Positions 19,906 through 32,300 of a DNA stretch of 64,000 nt are shown one piece after another. The DNA comes from Fibrobacteria bacterium (GTDB lineage: Bacteria > Fibrobacterota > Chitinivibrionia > Chitinivibrionales > FEN-1185). The position numbers and the translations under genes were made by a program. The DNA lies in contig JBBIGR010000018.1 in assembly GCA_037447435.1 (NCBI GenBank), forward strand, positions 19,561 to 83,560, read 5' to 3'. Numbering within the stretch: position 1 is the first letter of the stretch; every line of letters starts with the position of its first letter. The notes under the pieces were generated by a model that worked only from the letters and a program-made list of their open reading frames with translations, was not told the origin of the DNA and did not search any database.

Positions 19906-21884
19906 GGGCCATCACTTTTTTGCATCCGCATTTTGTTTGGGCTCTTACGGCATGCCTGGTACCAATCGTTATTCATTTTTTGCAACGACATTCCAAAAAG
20001 CGTTTTCAATTTTCTACAATGCGCTTTTTTCCGGCAGGAGCAATGCGAACAAGCAAAATACGTTCAATAAAAAAGATCCTTTTATTATTAACTCGATGTG
20101 CAATTCTTGCCATTATCGTCTTTTTGTTTGCCGTTCCCTATAACAGGGAAAACCTTTTTTCCAAAATAGCCGATCCTTCAACCGAACTATATGCCTATAT
20201 CGATCCGACTATCAGTATGGAATACATTGACAACGGTGTCAGTTTACGGCAAAAAGCTTTTGCTGTTATGGACAGCTTGAATAAATATTGTTCCCAATTT
20301 GAAAAAAAATATCTGTTCGATGACATGCGCAACGAATTTGAACCTTTACAATCAGTCATAGGCAAACCTCACGGATCGTCACGCCACGGCGCGAGCAACG
20401 TAGAGGAAATGATGAATGTCTTTGAATCAAAGAAGCAAGGCACGAACGCGATTCGATATCTGGTTGTGTTATCCGATTTTCAAAAAAAAGAAAGCATGTT
20501 TTTTGATTCTTTATTCAGAGTTCGACAGGAAAACCCAGTGGCCCTGGTTTCCGTTGCGCCGGCAAACCCCTGGAACTACGGGCTTCGCAACGTTTGCATG
20601 AAAACCGGCGATGATGCAACCGTCGAAATGCAAGTATCCTGCTTTGGAAAAAGTCTTAAACAGGGGGCTGTAAACGCTTTTGTAAATGGGATGCGAGTCG
20701 GGCATTCGGATATCACGATGGAACCCGACAAAACAAACGATGCAAAAATAAGCATAAAACGAAATCAAGAAGCCTTAACCGGAACGGTGCGGCTTGAAAA
20801 CAAGGATCCGTTTCCCCTTGATAACATTGCGTATTTTGCGAAAGGCGTGTCCCGAAGTTCCCGTGTACTGATTGTAGGCGATCCTCAAAGGTCATTTCCA
20901 TTACGGGCGGCTTTTAATGCAATGGGCACCAAACAATGGGCAGTGCATAACAAAAAAGAAACAGAAGTTTCTTATGGCGACATCGATTCCGTCGATGTGG
21001 TCGTATTGGCCGATATCCACGCTGTTTCCCAACCCCTGACCATGCTTTTGCATGGGAAGGCGTTTGGTCCAAAAGCAATTTTGTTTTCTCCGGTCATAGA
21101 TAGCGCCTATTCTTTTATCAATGCTTCAGTTCTTCCTGTTCATTTGAAAAAACCTCCCGCCATTTGTCTTGACGAGAAAACTCATCCGATTGTTTTCCCG
21201 GATACGTTATCCACTTTGTTTAAAGGGTTTGGTGCGCTTAAGGACCTCGATGCAGAAATAAGGGGCTATCTATTTCCATTGCCGGGGGAAGCTCTTGCGA
21301 CATTGGACAACGGCAAAGCCCTCGTCTCGGGCCTTATCGATTCGGTTGGAAATTCCTGGGTTTTATTCGGTACTTCGCTCTGCTTGCAGCCGCAAGGCGA
21401 CGGATATATGAATAATCTAGTCGAAACAGGATTGTACGTGGCGATACTCGACCGCATGGCCCGTTTTGCGATCGCCTCCTTACGTATCGAAAATAAAAAC
21501 CTTATTGCTGGAATACCTTTTGTAAACCCATATTTCGGGGATAAGGGTGGAGCAAAGGTATATGATTATCAAAACAATCTGATCGACACTTGGCAGCGTC
21601 AAAAAATGGTTCTGATACGAGACCAAGGGTGTTACAAAATAATGCCGTTGAAACAATCGCCGTATTGGGTTTGCACGGAAATCGATACTGCAGAACTTGA
21701 TTTCGGCTATCGGAAACCGTCTATAGCAAATAGTAATAAGGCAATCGTTCGCTATATGAATTCGAAGGAGTTTATCGATTTTTCCACGAGCAAAAAAGAC
21801 GCTAATTCCTTACTTTGGCTATGGGTTACCTTGGGGCTTTTATTATTGGCTGAAGTGTTTCTTTGGGAAAAAAGACCGTTTTAA
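19902..21884 (+). CDS. BatA N-terminal domain membrane protein
   Basis: FLHPHFVW..PIVIHF..FSTMRF..LLLLTR N-terminus and C-terminal TM ..LLLAE; follows DUF58. Confidence 0.8.
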   Translation: MRAITFLHPHFVWALTACLVPIVIHFLQRHSKKRFQFSTMRFFPAGAMRTSKIRSIKKILLLLTRCAILAIIVFLFAVPYNRENLFSKIADPSTELYAYIDPTISMEYIDNGVSLRQKAFAVMDSLNKYCSQFEKKYLFDDMRNEFEPLQSVIGKPHGSSRHGASNVEEMMNVFESKKQGTNAIRYLVVLSDFQKKESMFFDSLFRVRQENPVALVSVAPANPWNYGLRNVCMKTGDDATVEMQVSCFGKSLKQGAVNAFVNGMRVGHSDITMEPDKTNDAKISIKRNQEALTGTVRLENKDPFPLDNIAYFAKGVSRSSRVLIVGDPQRSFPLRAAFNAMGTKQWAVHNKKETEVSYGDIDSVDVVVLADIHAVSQPLTMLLHGKAFGPKAILFSPVIDSAYSFINASVLPVHLKKPPAICLDEKTHPIVFPDTLSTLFKGFGALKDLDAEIRGYLFPLPGEALATLDNGKALVSGLIDSVGNSWVLFGTSLCLQPQGDGYMNNLVETGLYVAILDRMARFAIASLRIENKNLIAGIPFVNPYFGDKGGAKVYDYQNNLIDTWQRQKMVLIRDQGCYKIMPLKQSPYWVCTEIDTAELDFGYRKPSIANSNKAIVRYMNSKEFIDFSTSKKDANSLLWLWVTLGLLLLAEVFLWEKRPF

Positions 21885-22040
21885 CAACTAGATAAAAATT
21901 ATTTGTATATGTTGCATAGATTTAATCACTGCTGCAACTATCCAATTACGGAACAACGGAATAACAGATACATTAAAATAAAACCTATATTTTCCATTTT
22001 ATTTGGGGTATAATAAAAGAATAGTATCCCGGGAGGAATA

Positions 22041-22406
22041 ATGAAAATCGACATCCACACAAATGGAGATTACCAGGTATTAAAAATTGAGGAAGATCTT
22101 CAGGTTATTTCGGATCTTTCGGAACTTAAATTCCTCGTGGAGGGATATCTGAAACGCGGAAGGCTTTATGTTGCAGTCGGATTTACAACTGCGTCCTATA
22201 TTTACAGCGGGGCATTGGCGGTACTCATCGATTGCTATAAAAAAATAGTCAAAGAAGGCGGTGATTTGTGTATTATAGAACCAAATACTGAAATGCAGGG
22301 AATTTTTAATATTTTAAATATTGATAAAATTTTGCACATTTATCCGTCAGAAGACCAACTACCGGTAATAGCTGCGCCGAAACCGATAAAGCTGTCATCA
22401 GAATAA
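22041..22406 (+). CDS. STAS-domain protein (anti-sigma-factor antagonist-like)
   Basis: SYIYSGALAVL..GGDLCII..IFNILNIDKILHIY; GGGAGG RBS. Confidence 0.8.
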   Translation: MKIDIHTNGDYQVLKIEEDLQVISDLSELKFLVEGYLKRGRLYVAVGFTTASYIYSGALAVLIDCYKKIVKEGGDLCIIEPNTEMQGIFNILNIDKILHIYPSEDQLPVIAAPKPIKLSSE

Positions 22407-22624
22407 ATTTATGCCGAAAGAATATAGCATTATTCGAAATTTGGCTGATTACGGTTTTTTCCACTAAGCAGAAGACCGCAATTTTGGCAAAGACCCTTGT
22501 TGCAACATTTGCCATACTTTGTCACGTATATTTTTTCCGATTTCATAGGCCAAAAGTATTTTTGAAGGACACCGACTACAGTCGACCGGGATAGATAATT
22601 TTAACCAGATGAAAGAATTGATTG

Positions 22625-25600
22625 ATGGAAAAGCAATCCTATAAGGAAATGTTGGCATCTCGCATTCCTATAATTTTTGACGGCGCAATGGGTACGCAAA
22701 TATTGTTAAGAGGCGTTTCAAAAAATGACTTTCAGGGGCATGACGGATGCAATGAAATCCTTAATAAAAGTCGGCCTGATGTGATTATGGACATTCACAA
22801 AGCGTATTTGTTTGCCGGTGCGAATGCGATTGAGACGAATACCTTCGGCGCGAATAGGATAAAACTTGCAGAATACGGCTTGGAAAATTCAGTAAATGAA
22901 CTTAATATCCAGGCAGCATCCGTTGCCCGCAAAGCAATTGCCGAGGCTTCTTGCTCGCAGCCGTGTTTTGTTTGCGGGAGCATGGGGCCAACGGGAATTT
23001 TATTGTCTTCGCCGGCTCATCGAGGAACCCATGATTTTAAGGAAATCGCGAATGTTTTTGAAGGGCAGGCAAAAGCGCTCGCTACTGGAGGAGTTGATAT
23101 TTTACTTTTAGAAACCTCTCAAGACTTGCTTGAAGTCCGCGCCGCAATAACGGGAATAAAGACTGCTTTACAATCCTTACATGTATCCATTCCATTGCAA
23201 GTGCAAATAACGCTTGATGCAAGCGGGCGCATGTTGCTCGGTTCGGATTTACCCGCATTTTTAGGCGCAGTAACGACGCTTGGATGCGATTGCATCGGTT
23301 TCAATTGCAGTACAGGTCCAAAAGAAATGCAAAAATGGACCGAAGACTTGCTGGATAAAACCAGCATTCCGGTTGCAATGCTGCCGAATGCGGGAATGCC
23401 TAAAAACGTTGATGGAAAAGCAGTGTACGATATGGAACCTGCGGATTTTGCCGCCGTGCTGGAGCCGCTTGTTTGTGAAAAAGGGCTTTCGGTCGTCGGC
23501 GGATGCTGCGGAACCGGTCCCGAACATATCCGACAATTGAGCATAAAATTAGCCGGAAAAAAAGCCGCAATACGGCCCATCCGTAAAACTATGTTTTTGT
23601 CAACCGGCATTTCCGGCTTGGATTTGGAGAAAATTGCCAGGCCCGTCATCATCGGCGAACGACTTAATACCCAGGGGTCGAAAAAAACAAAGGAATTGGT
23701 TTTGGGAAAAAATTGGGAGGAAATGAACCACCTTGCCCAGGAACAAATTGCCAAGGGAAGCCACATTCTTGATATTTGCGTTGCCGTAACGGAGCGTGAC
23801 GATGAAAGCCAATCAATGGCCGAATTGGTGTCGTTTTTGTCGGAAAGGGTATCGGTTCCGCTTTGCATCGATTCCACGGAGCCGTCGGTTTTTGAAACAG
23901 CTTTGAGGGCTTGTCCCGGTTCGGTTCTCATCAATTCGATCAACCTTGAACAGGGCGGAAAAAAAGCGCGGACCATTTTGCCGTATGCAAATGAATTCGG
24001 CTGTCCCGTAATCGCATTGACTATTGACGACGAAGGAATGGCAAAGTCCGTTGCTAAAAAAATGGAAATCACAAAGCGAATCGTCGATTTAGCTTGTGGA
24101 GAATTCGGTTTGCCCGAGCATTTTGTGTATATCGATCCGCTGACTTTTACTTTGGCAACAGGCGACAGGGAAAGCGCGGATGCGGCGAAGCATAGTTTGG
24201 AAGCGCTCTTTAGGATCAAGGAAGAATTTCCGGGTATTCGTACCGCCATGGGTGTAAGTAACGTGTCGTACGGATTAAAACCGGCTTCGAGGAGGATACT
24301 AAACAATCTTATGCTGCATCATGCCGTTGAAGCGGGGCTTGACGCGGCGATATTTAATCCTTTGCATTTAGATACGGTCGATGCCTATGACCCAATATTA
24401 CGAACTTTGGCAGAAGATCTATTATTTAATCGCAACAACACCGCATTGACAAAGTTTATTACTGCTTTTGACGAATCAAAACCGTGCGGATCTTCCAAGT
24501 CGATAATTTCCGGCGCAACGAAAATATCACCATCCCTCATGCTGCACAATAATGTCGTCAATCGCGATAAACGCGACCTGAAAATCAACGTTGAGACCCT
24601 TTTGAAGGAAATGAACCCCCAAGCAATCCTTAATGAAATTTTGCTTCCTGCCATGGCTCTTGTTGGAGACAAAATGAACAAAGGGGAAATGATATTACCC
24701 TTTGTTTTGCAAGCTGCGGAAGTCATGAAAGAAGCGATTGCTGTGCTTGAACCGTATTTGGCGGGACAGAACAGCACCGTCCGCGGGAAAATCGTGTTGG
24801 CAACGGTTTACGGCGATGTCCATGACATAGGAAAAAACCTGGTTGCTTCGATTTTAAAGAACCAAGGATATGACATCGTCGATTGCGGCAAACAAGTCCC
24901 ATTGGAAACAATCGTTCAGACAATCAAAAAAGAAAATCCTGATGCCGTAGGGCTATCGGCTCTGCTTGTTGCGACAAGCAAGGAAATGGGCCGGTTGGTC
25001 GCGGAGCTTGATAAACAGAATATTGATGTGCCCGTTCTTATCGGCGGCGCTGCAGTGAACAATGATTTTGCTGCACGGATAGAAAAAATCGACGACGCTC
25101 ATTCCTATAAACCGGGAGTGTTTTTTGCCAAAGATGCGTTCGAGGCAATAAAGGTATTGGATTCGCTAAAAGCAAAAAAAGAGCGTGACCGAAACCAAAC
25201 CGCTAAAAGCCCCGTCGCAGAGCCCCGGCTGGATGATTTGGAGGCGTTTCCTATAGACAGAGCTGAAATAATTACTCCGCAATTTTACGGTACGAGTCAG
25301 GTTCTGCGGTGGGAAACATCCGCGCTTTTGGAAAGCATTGATACCAACAGATTGTTTAAAGGCCATTTCGGCGGCGGCAAGCTTGATGATAAAGTTTTTA
25401 GCGAAAGTGTTGAGAACGATTTCATGCCTGTTTTCAATCTGCTCAAAAAGGAGATACTATCGGAAAACCTTGTCGATGCTTCCGGATTGTACGGGATATT
25501 TCCGGTATTTACACATGACTTAAAACTTGTAATTCTTGATTGTAATGATTTTCACACGGAATTGGCGGAATTCTCGATGCCTCGTGTGGAAAGAAAGAAC

Positions 25601-26005
25601 AACCGGTCTGTTGCCGACTATTTCAGGGATGACGGCGACGTAGTCGGGATGCAAATAGTTACCATCGGGAAAGAAATAAGCAACCGATGTGAACGCTATT
25701 TTACGGAACAGGACAAGTACAGCATGGGCTTTTATTTAAATGCGATTGCGAATTATTTGACAGAGCTTCTTGCCAACAAGGTAACGACAGAAATAAAACG
25801 GGCTCTTTTTATTCAAGGCGACAGAGGCAGGCGTTATAGCTTCGGATATCCCGGCATGCCTGGTGTCGAAGATCATACGAAATTATTTGATTTGTTGGGA
25901 GTGGAAGAACGCCTGGGTATAACTCTAACCTCCGCTTTTCAAATGGTTCCCGAACATTCCACTGCTGCAATTTTTGTTCATCACCCTAAAGCCGAGTATA
26001 TGTGA
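22625..26005 (+). CDS. metH: Cobalamin-dependent methionine synthase
   Basis: FDGAMGT, ETNTF, GGCCGT (Zn), IGERLN pterin domain, GDVHDIGKNLV B12 motif and RYSFGYP activation domain. Confidence 0.95.
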   Translation: MEKQSYKEMLASRIPIIFDGAMGTQILLRGVSKNDFQGHDGCNEILNKSRPDVIMDIHKAYLFAGANAIETNTFGANRIKLAEYGLENSVNELNIQAASVARKAIAEASCSQPCFVCGSMGPTGILLSSPAHRGTHDFKEIANVFEGQAKALATGGVDILLLETSQDLLEVRAAITGIKTALQSLHVSIPLQVQITLDASGRMLLGSDLPAFLGAVTTLGCDCIGFNCSTGPKEMQKWTEDLLDKTSIPVAMLPNAGMPKNVDGKAVYDMEPADFAAVLEPLVCEKGLSVVGGCCGTGPEHIRQLSIKLAGKKAAIRPIRKTMFLSTGISGLDLEKIARPVIIGERLNTQGSKKTKELVLGKNWEEMNHLAQEQIAKGSHILDICVAVTERDDESQSMAELVSFLSERVSVPLCIDSTEPSVFETALRACPGSVLINSINLEQGGKKARTILPYANEFGCPVIALTIDDEGMAKSVAKKMEITKRIVDLACGEFGLPEHFVYIDPLTFTLATGDRESADAAKHSLEALFRIKEEFPGIRTAMGVSNVSYGLKPASRRILNNLMLHHAVEAGLDAAIFNPLHLDTVDAYDPILRTLAEDLLFNRNNTALTKFITAFDESKPCGSSKSIISGATKISPSLMLHNNVVNRDKRDLKINVETLLKEMNPQAILNEILLPAMALVGDKMNKGEMILPFVLQAAEVMKEAIAVLEPYLAGQNSTVRGKIVLATVYGDVHDIGKNLVASILKNQGYDIVDCGKQVPLETIVQTIKKENPDAVGLSALLVATSKEMGRLVAELDKQNIDVPVLIGGAAVNNDFAARIEKIDDAHSYKPGVFFAKDAFEAIKVLDSLKAKKERDRNQTAKSPVAEPRLDDLEAFPIDRAEIITPQFYGTSQVLRWETSALLESIDTNRLFKGHFGGGKLDDKVFSESVENDFMPVFNLLKKEILSENLVDASGLYGIFPVFTHDLKLVILDCNDFHTELAEFSMPRVERKNNRSVADYFRDDGDVVGMQIVTIGKEISNRCERYFTEQDKYSMGFYLNAIANYLTELLANKVTTEIKRALFIQGDRGRRYSFGYPGMPGVEDHTKLFDLLGVEERLGITLTSAFQMVPEHSTAAIFVHHPKAEYM

Positions 26006-26390
26006 GTACCTGTTTGGAAAAATAACGTTTTTGTTAGGATGGGGCACGCTTCGTCTCTACTTTGTAATTCTACCTTATATTTTGTAAAGATCCAAGATCC
26101 TCAAGATGGTCATAAAATGTCGGCTCTTCCAGGGCAGGAGTTTCCCCACTCATTAGCACACCACGCTAGTTAATCGATTAAATAGAATTAGTTGACTATA
26201 TCTCGTCTTTCAGGTAGAATAAGAAAGCCTGTTTATAATTCTTTATACTATTGGATTGTTGGATTTTAAAGTTGTGAATATGTGATTATGATCACGGTCT
26301 GGATTGTTTAATGGGTGTATAGTTAAGAAGAGTAAGACCAAAAATAAGGGCTATTGTTTGGATTGGCACTATTGCACGTAGGAGCGCTTC

Positions 26391-29300
26391 ATGAAGAATA
26401 TAAAAAACATTTTTATTTTAGCTGCTGGTTTTTTGGCAGTAATGACTTTACATACCAATACTTTTTGTGCGACAATTACATGGATTTCGTCGAGCGGGGG
26501 TAAATGGAACAATACAGCAAATTGGAGCCCGACCGTAATACCTTCCTCGGCAGATACAGCGCTTTTCAGCACGTCTTCCGGCGCCTGCACGCTTGACGTG
26601 TACATGTCAGTTAATTCGATACAGTTTACAAATTCGTATTCCGGTAATTTTTATTTCAATCACAATAAATTAACGATTTCAGGTATGGCGGATTTTCGCA
26701 ATGGATCGGGCCATATAATTTCTGCAGGAAATGATACTTTGGAATTAACTGGCAATATGCCGAAAACGATTTTTCCGACATCCAACCACGATACATTGCC
26801 GAATCTTCTTTTGACTCCTGCAAGCATATCAACAGCTATAGGGGGCAGCAACGATACGCTTTTTGTTTCGTCGTTGCGTTTTGCGACAAACGGAGATTTT
26901 ACCATGACTGCCAACCAAGGAGTATGTGTGAGAGGAGACATTATCCTCAATGCAGGCAATTTATATGCATTACCGGGAAATTTGGATGTTTTGGGAAATG
27001 TTGTAATTCAAGGTGGTACTTTAACTGCGCCTGCATCAACCATGCATGTCTGTGGTTCATGGAGCCACACTACAGGGGCGTTTGTTCACTCTTCAGGCAC
27101 GGTTGTGTTCAATGCTGGTGCAATCGGCGGTGGTACAATTACCGAAAGCGCGCCATTTTCGAACGTGAATTTTAATAGCCCGGGAAATAAGACTTGGACC
27201 GTCACGAGTGCACCAATCAAACTTATTGGTGCTTTGATTATGAATAACGGAACATTAAACCTTGGGACAGGAATGATTGACAGTGCAGCAAGCTTGAATT
27301 GCGGAGGTGGAACACTTGATTTTAATTCATCGACACTGCGTCTTCCAACGCCGTCGATTGATTTTAGTTCCATTGGTAATATTATACCTGGAAACGGCAA
27401 ATTGGAATTAGTGGGAATGTCAAGCATAAATTTTAAGCCAAAACCCAACTTGCTTTTTCCTGAGATAGTGCAGAATTTTGGCGGAACAACAATGCTTAAT
27501 GGTACGCTTTCGGCGAAAGGAATTACTGTAAAGAACGGAACCTTTAGCTTTAATAACACGCATTCCGGGGATAATATCGGGTTTTTAACCGGTACAGGCG
27601 GTACTGTAGATTTTAACAATGACTCAATTAACGTAAGTGACACTGTAAATTTATTTTACGTAAATAGCACAATGAGCGGATTTGGCATATTAAAATTTGT
27701 CAATAACTTACCGGCAAATTACGTTCCACCGCATTTCTGGCCTAATCCGATTCTTATAAAATCGGGCACCGGGACAACCACGGTTAGGCAAAACAATATA
27801 AAAGGACAGAAGCTGAGAATCGAATCGGGTATTTTCTCATTGGGGGCTTTAACGGCAGGCGTTAACGATTCCCTGGATACGCTGGAAACGGCCGGCGGCG
27901 GCATGGATTTTGGGAATTGCACTCTATCGGTCAGGTTTTCGAACGTCGACTTGTCTCCTCTTACGACATTGACTCCGGGAACGGGCGCACTTAAATTTAC
28001 AAGCTCGTCGCTACAGTCGTTTTGGCCGTCAATATCATACGTCAACCCAATTGTCAAGCATTCGGGAACGGGCGCACTTAAATTGATGAACGCGCTTACG
28101 GCAAACGGGTTTGAGCAACCGCAAGGTGCGTATCAGTTTAATTTGAACGGAAATAACGTAACGATTGTTAATAACGGAAACTTCTTCGTCAACAGTTATT
28201 CGGGCCCCAATATGATTTCCGGGCTTGCGGGACGCACCATTTCCGTGGCCGGCAATGTGACCGTTACCGGTCTGCCGCCGAGTACCACGGTCGATATGAG
28301 TGCCGGTTCAACATGGACACTCAACGCAGGAGGACAGGTCCTGTTTGATTGTGTCAATTTTGATCATTGCGATGCGATCGGCAGCCCGGGCGTGGCAACC
28401 AACTCCGCGAACAACGGCGGCAACATTAACTGGACGTTTGTCAAGCAATGGATCTCTGGCGGCACTCACAATTGGGGAGACGCCCCCAACTGGAGCCCGA
28501 CGGGCGTACCGACTGCGACGGATTCCGTAGTGTTGTCGAGCAGTTGGGATTGCATTCTGTCGATGCCAAACGTAACCGTCAAGGCCATTTCGTTCCCCGG
28601 ATACACCGGTATCTTCAGTTTCCTAACGGACACCTTGTGTGTGACAGGCAGGGCCGATTTTGGGGGCGCCGCAAATGTAGCTTCGGGGACCGGCGCACTT
28701 AAGCTTGTAGGGAACGGTCCGCAGGTATTCACTCCGTCATACCAGAGTTTTTTGTGGACAATCGTGAAAGAAGGAACAGGGGTTTGCAGTTTAAGCACCG
28801 CCCTAAAAGCGCATAATCTCTACGTTAAATCAGGTGCTATAAAACTGGCTGGCGGCGGTCCGGCAGATTCTCTCGTCGACGAAACCAATATAAGCGGCGG
28901 AACGCTTGATCTTGGAGGTAAGAGAGTTTTCACAAAGTCACTGATGACTACCGGAGGAACGCTCCTGGCGACAAGCGATACGCTGACCATTGCCGGCTCG
29001 GCAAATTTCACGGGGCTCACTCCCTTTAACCCAACGCAAGGAACCATCGTCATTAAGGCAATGCCGCCGTTTGCCTCATCGGTGACATCCGGGAGCACGA
29101 CGTTCAACAATTTAGTCCTGTGGACCGATGGGGCGGACGGGTATCTTGACACAATCAAAATGATGTCCGGTATCCTCGCGGTCAACAACGATCTCGTTTT
29201 CAGAAGGACTAAAACGGTATCAACTCCGGGAAAGTCTGTGTGGCGATTCGATATCAACAATACGGGTGTCTCAATAACGGGAAATGTCTTTACCGAAGAA

Positions 29301-32300
29301 ACACCTGGAGTAAACCCGATATCATCAAATCCGAGTCTGTTCATGGGTTCCAACAACTGGACGTTTGAGAAATATGCGATATTGCCCATCGGTAATGGGG
29401 ATTCGAAATCGGCGAGTTTGGTTTTTTCCGGCGCTCCCGGAACCGTTCAAAATTTCTTCGCAGGGATAACGAATCCTTTGGATTCTCTTGGAACGGTTAC
29501 TCACGCTTCAAACGATACTCTAAAGCTTTTAAGCCCTTTACCCTGTCAATCGTTTACCCAAACAGCCGGAACATTTGATTTTAATGGATTCAATTTGGCC
29601 GTCACCAATAATTTGAACATTTCAAGCGGCACTTATTCATCCTTGAAAAATTTGGATAGCCGGACCATTACTGTTGGGGGTACCGCCAGTTTTAACGGCC
29701 AACCCGGAAACTTGATTAATTTGAGTCCGCTTTCCTCATGGTACATTTATTTGAATGGCGGTTCGCTCAATGCGTCGTATGCGCAAATTGGCAATGCGTA
29801 CGCATATGGGGCAATGGGTGGAAACGGGTATGCAACAAATAGTAGGAAAACAGCATACACCATGGGATGGAAAATCCCGGGAATGACACTAACCTGGAAC
29901 GGCTCCGTAAATACAAATTTCAGAACAGCAGGTAACTGGTCGCCTGCATATGCTCCCTCGGATAGTGATGATGTCATATTTAATTCCGGTTCAGTAAATT
30001 GCATACTCGATACCAGCATAGGGGTGAATAACATTACTTTCGCACCCGGATATTCTGGGACATTTGATTTTAGAAATTTTACCCTCACCGTTTCCGGTAA
30101 TGCAGACTTCAGTAATGTCGGTGGAATAGGTAATTCGGGAGGAACTTTAAAATTTTATAGCTCAATAAACGGAAAGAAATATTTCATTCCAAGAGCAGGG
30201 ATTCTATTTCCTAATATTTACCAGTCGGGTGTCGGCGGGGGCGGCGATACCGTCGTCGTTATGGCCAATCCTCTTAAAGCAGGCAGATTTTATAAACAGT
30301 ATGGAACCTGGGATTGGGGAAATTTCGGCGCAAAGCATAGCGTACAAAGCCTTATAAACGATATGTCGGGCGAAATTGATTTTGGAAATTGTACTCTGCA
30401 AGTATATGATTCTTTAAAAATTACAAGTACGGTAAAACACAATTTCGGGTCTGCAATAGAATTGTTGAAATCCTCCGGAGATCAAAGAATTGAAGTTTGG
30501 AATATGGATACTTTGCCCGGAATAATCCACAATGCAACGGGAAATATCTTGTTGGGCAACAATCTTCGTTGTCAATCATTTTCCAATAACCTTGGTACGA
30601 TAGCCTCGAACGGGTTTAATATTTCCACGGTAAACGATTGCATCTTCGCGGGTGGCAATTCCCTATTGCAGGATTTATCGGGACGCCGTTTTTACTGCGG
30701 CGGTAACATGACATTTTTGGGAAAATCCAACGATAGCATAGTTGTAAACGCAACAACCGTAAGCTGTACTCTCACGGTTTTGGGAACCCTGCAGGCAAAT
30801 TTTGCGAAAATCGGCAGGTCTATCGTTATTGGCACTAAAGGATATGCGGCAAACTGCATGAATCTGGGTAACGATTCGAATTGGCTGTTTCTTCCGAGGG
30901 GTTTAAAACTATGGAAAGGTGATGGGGCAGATCAAAACTGGTCTACGGTAAGCAATTGGATACCTCCGACTTTGCCCGCCGGTAACGACAGCGTCGTGTT
31001 CAATAATACGACTTCAAAAAACTGTTTCCTCGATACTTCGGCCACCGTTAAAAAATTGACTTTTGCAACAGGGTATTCCGGAATGTTCGGGTTTGGATCG
31101 TCGACGCTCGCGTTGTCGGGAAATGCGGATTTCGGTAATTGCATGAATGTGGATCCCGGAAGCGGCACGCTGTTGTTTTCCGGCAGCGAACCAGCGGTTT
31201 TAACTCCGCCTCCCATGGCTCAGTTACCCTCAATCGTACGGGGAAGCGGTATGGGAACTTTGACAATAAATAAAAATCCTCTGAATGCACAATCAATCAA
31301 CGTTTCTGCCGGGGTTTTCTTTTTCGGCAGCGGCCTGTCTCATTCGGTCGGGTCGATACAGGGACTCGGCGGTTCGACCATTGATTTTGGAACAAATACG
31401 ACTGTCGCGGTAAAAGGAGACGTCAATTTGTCGGGAATGAACATCGTTTCAGACCAAAGCGATACCCTCCAATTTGCAGGGTATCTTGGGCAAGTGTATA
31501 CCGCTCCGTCAATGGCGACAAATTATACCATGGTAATCGAAAAGAACGACACGCTGACCCTTGGATCGCCGAATTTGCAAGTAAATGATTTGGTGTTGTA
31601 TGCCGGAACACTGAAACTCGGGAATTCGCATTCGCACACCGTGAATAATCTCATAGGATACGGCGGTGTACTTGACTTTGGATCATCGACACTGTCGGTA
31701 CGCGGCAATGCGGATTTTTCGGGGCTCCAGGATGTTGTCGCAGGAAGTGGAATATTGTTATTGAACAGCGCTACGGTGAATCAAACCTTAATACCCCAAT
31801 TTCCCGATACGTTGCCGTTTGTACGCCACCCGGGACCAATGGCGCTTGAAATTACCAATAATCCGCTTACCTGCACTTCTTTCCTGCAAAACGGAGGACA
31901 GCTTTTTATAAACGGATTCGATATCACGACGGTTTCGGATTTTACAATTTCAAATGCAACAGTCACGACGATGTCGGGACTTGCAAACCGAACCCTTTCC
32001 GTGGGCGGAAATGCAAATTTAAGCGGAACTCCGGGAAGTCCGATCATTCTTTTTCCTGAATCGCCTTGGAAGCTTTCTGTGCAAAAAGCAACTACCATTG
32101 TCGATGCAGTGATAGGAAAATGCGATGCGTCGGCATGTGGTTTCTGGCCGGTCCTTGCTTCATGCATCGATTCAGGATATAATCAGAAATTTGACTTTGT
32201 TAAGCCGCAGGCCGTAATCATACGACCGGTCTCCGGGAGTTTGCGTAACAGTCTTCCGTACATTACGGGTACCGCAACGGATTCGGTTTCGGGAATTGCA

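Noticed and set aside
22407..22624. SAM or cobalamin riboswitch upstream of metH
   Set aside because: I could not find the conserved SAM-I or B12-box sequence features by eye; an Infernal/Rfam scan would be decisive.
23119..24306. 395-aa antisense ORF
   Set aside because: Lies entirely opposite metH, has no recognisable motifs, and is best explained as a codon-bias shadow.
27976..28084. 22-nt direct repeat CGGGAACGGGCGCACTTAAATT
   Set aside because: Encodes the GTGALK protein repeat inside the giant ORF; not CRISPR-like or a mobile-element end.
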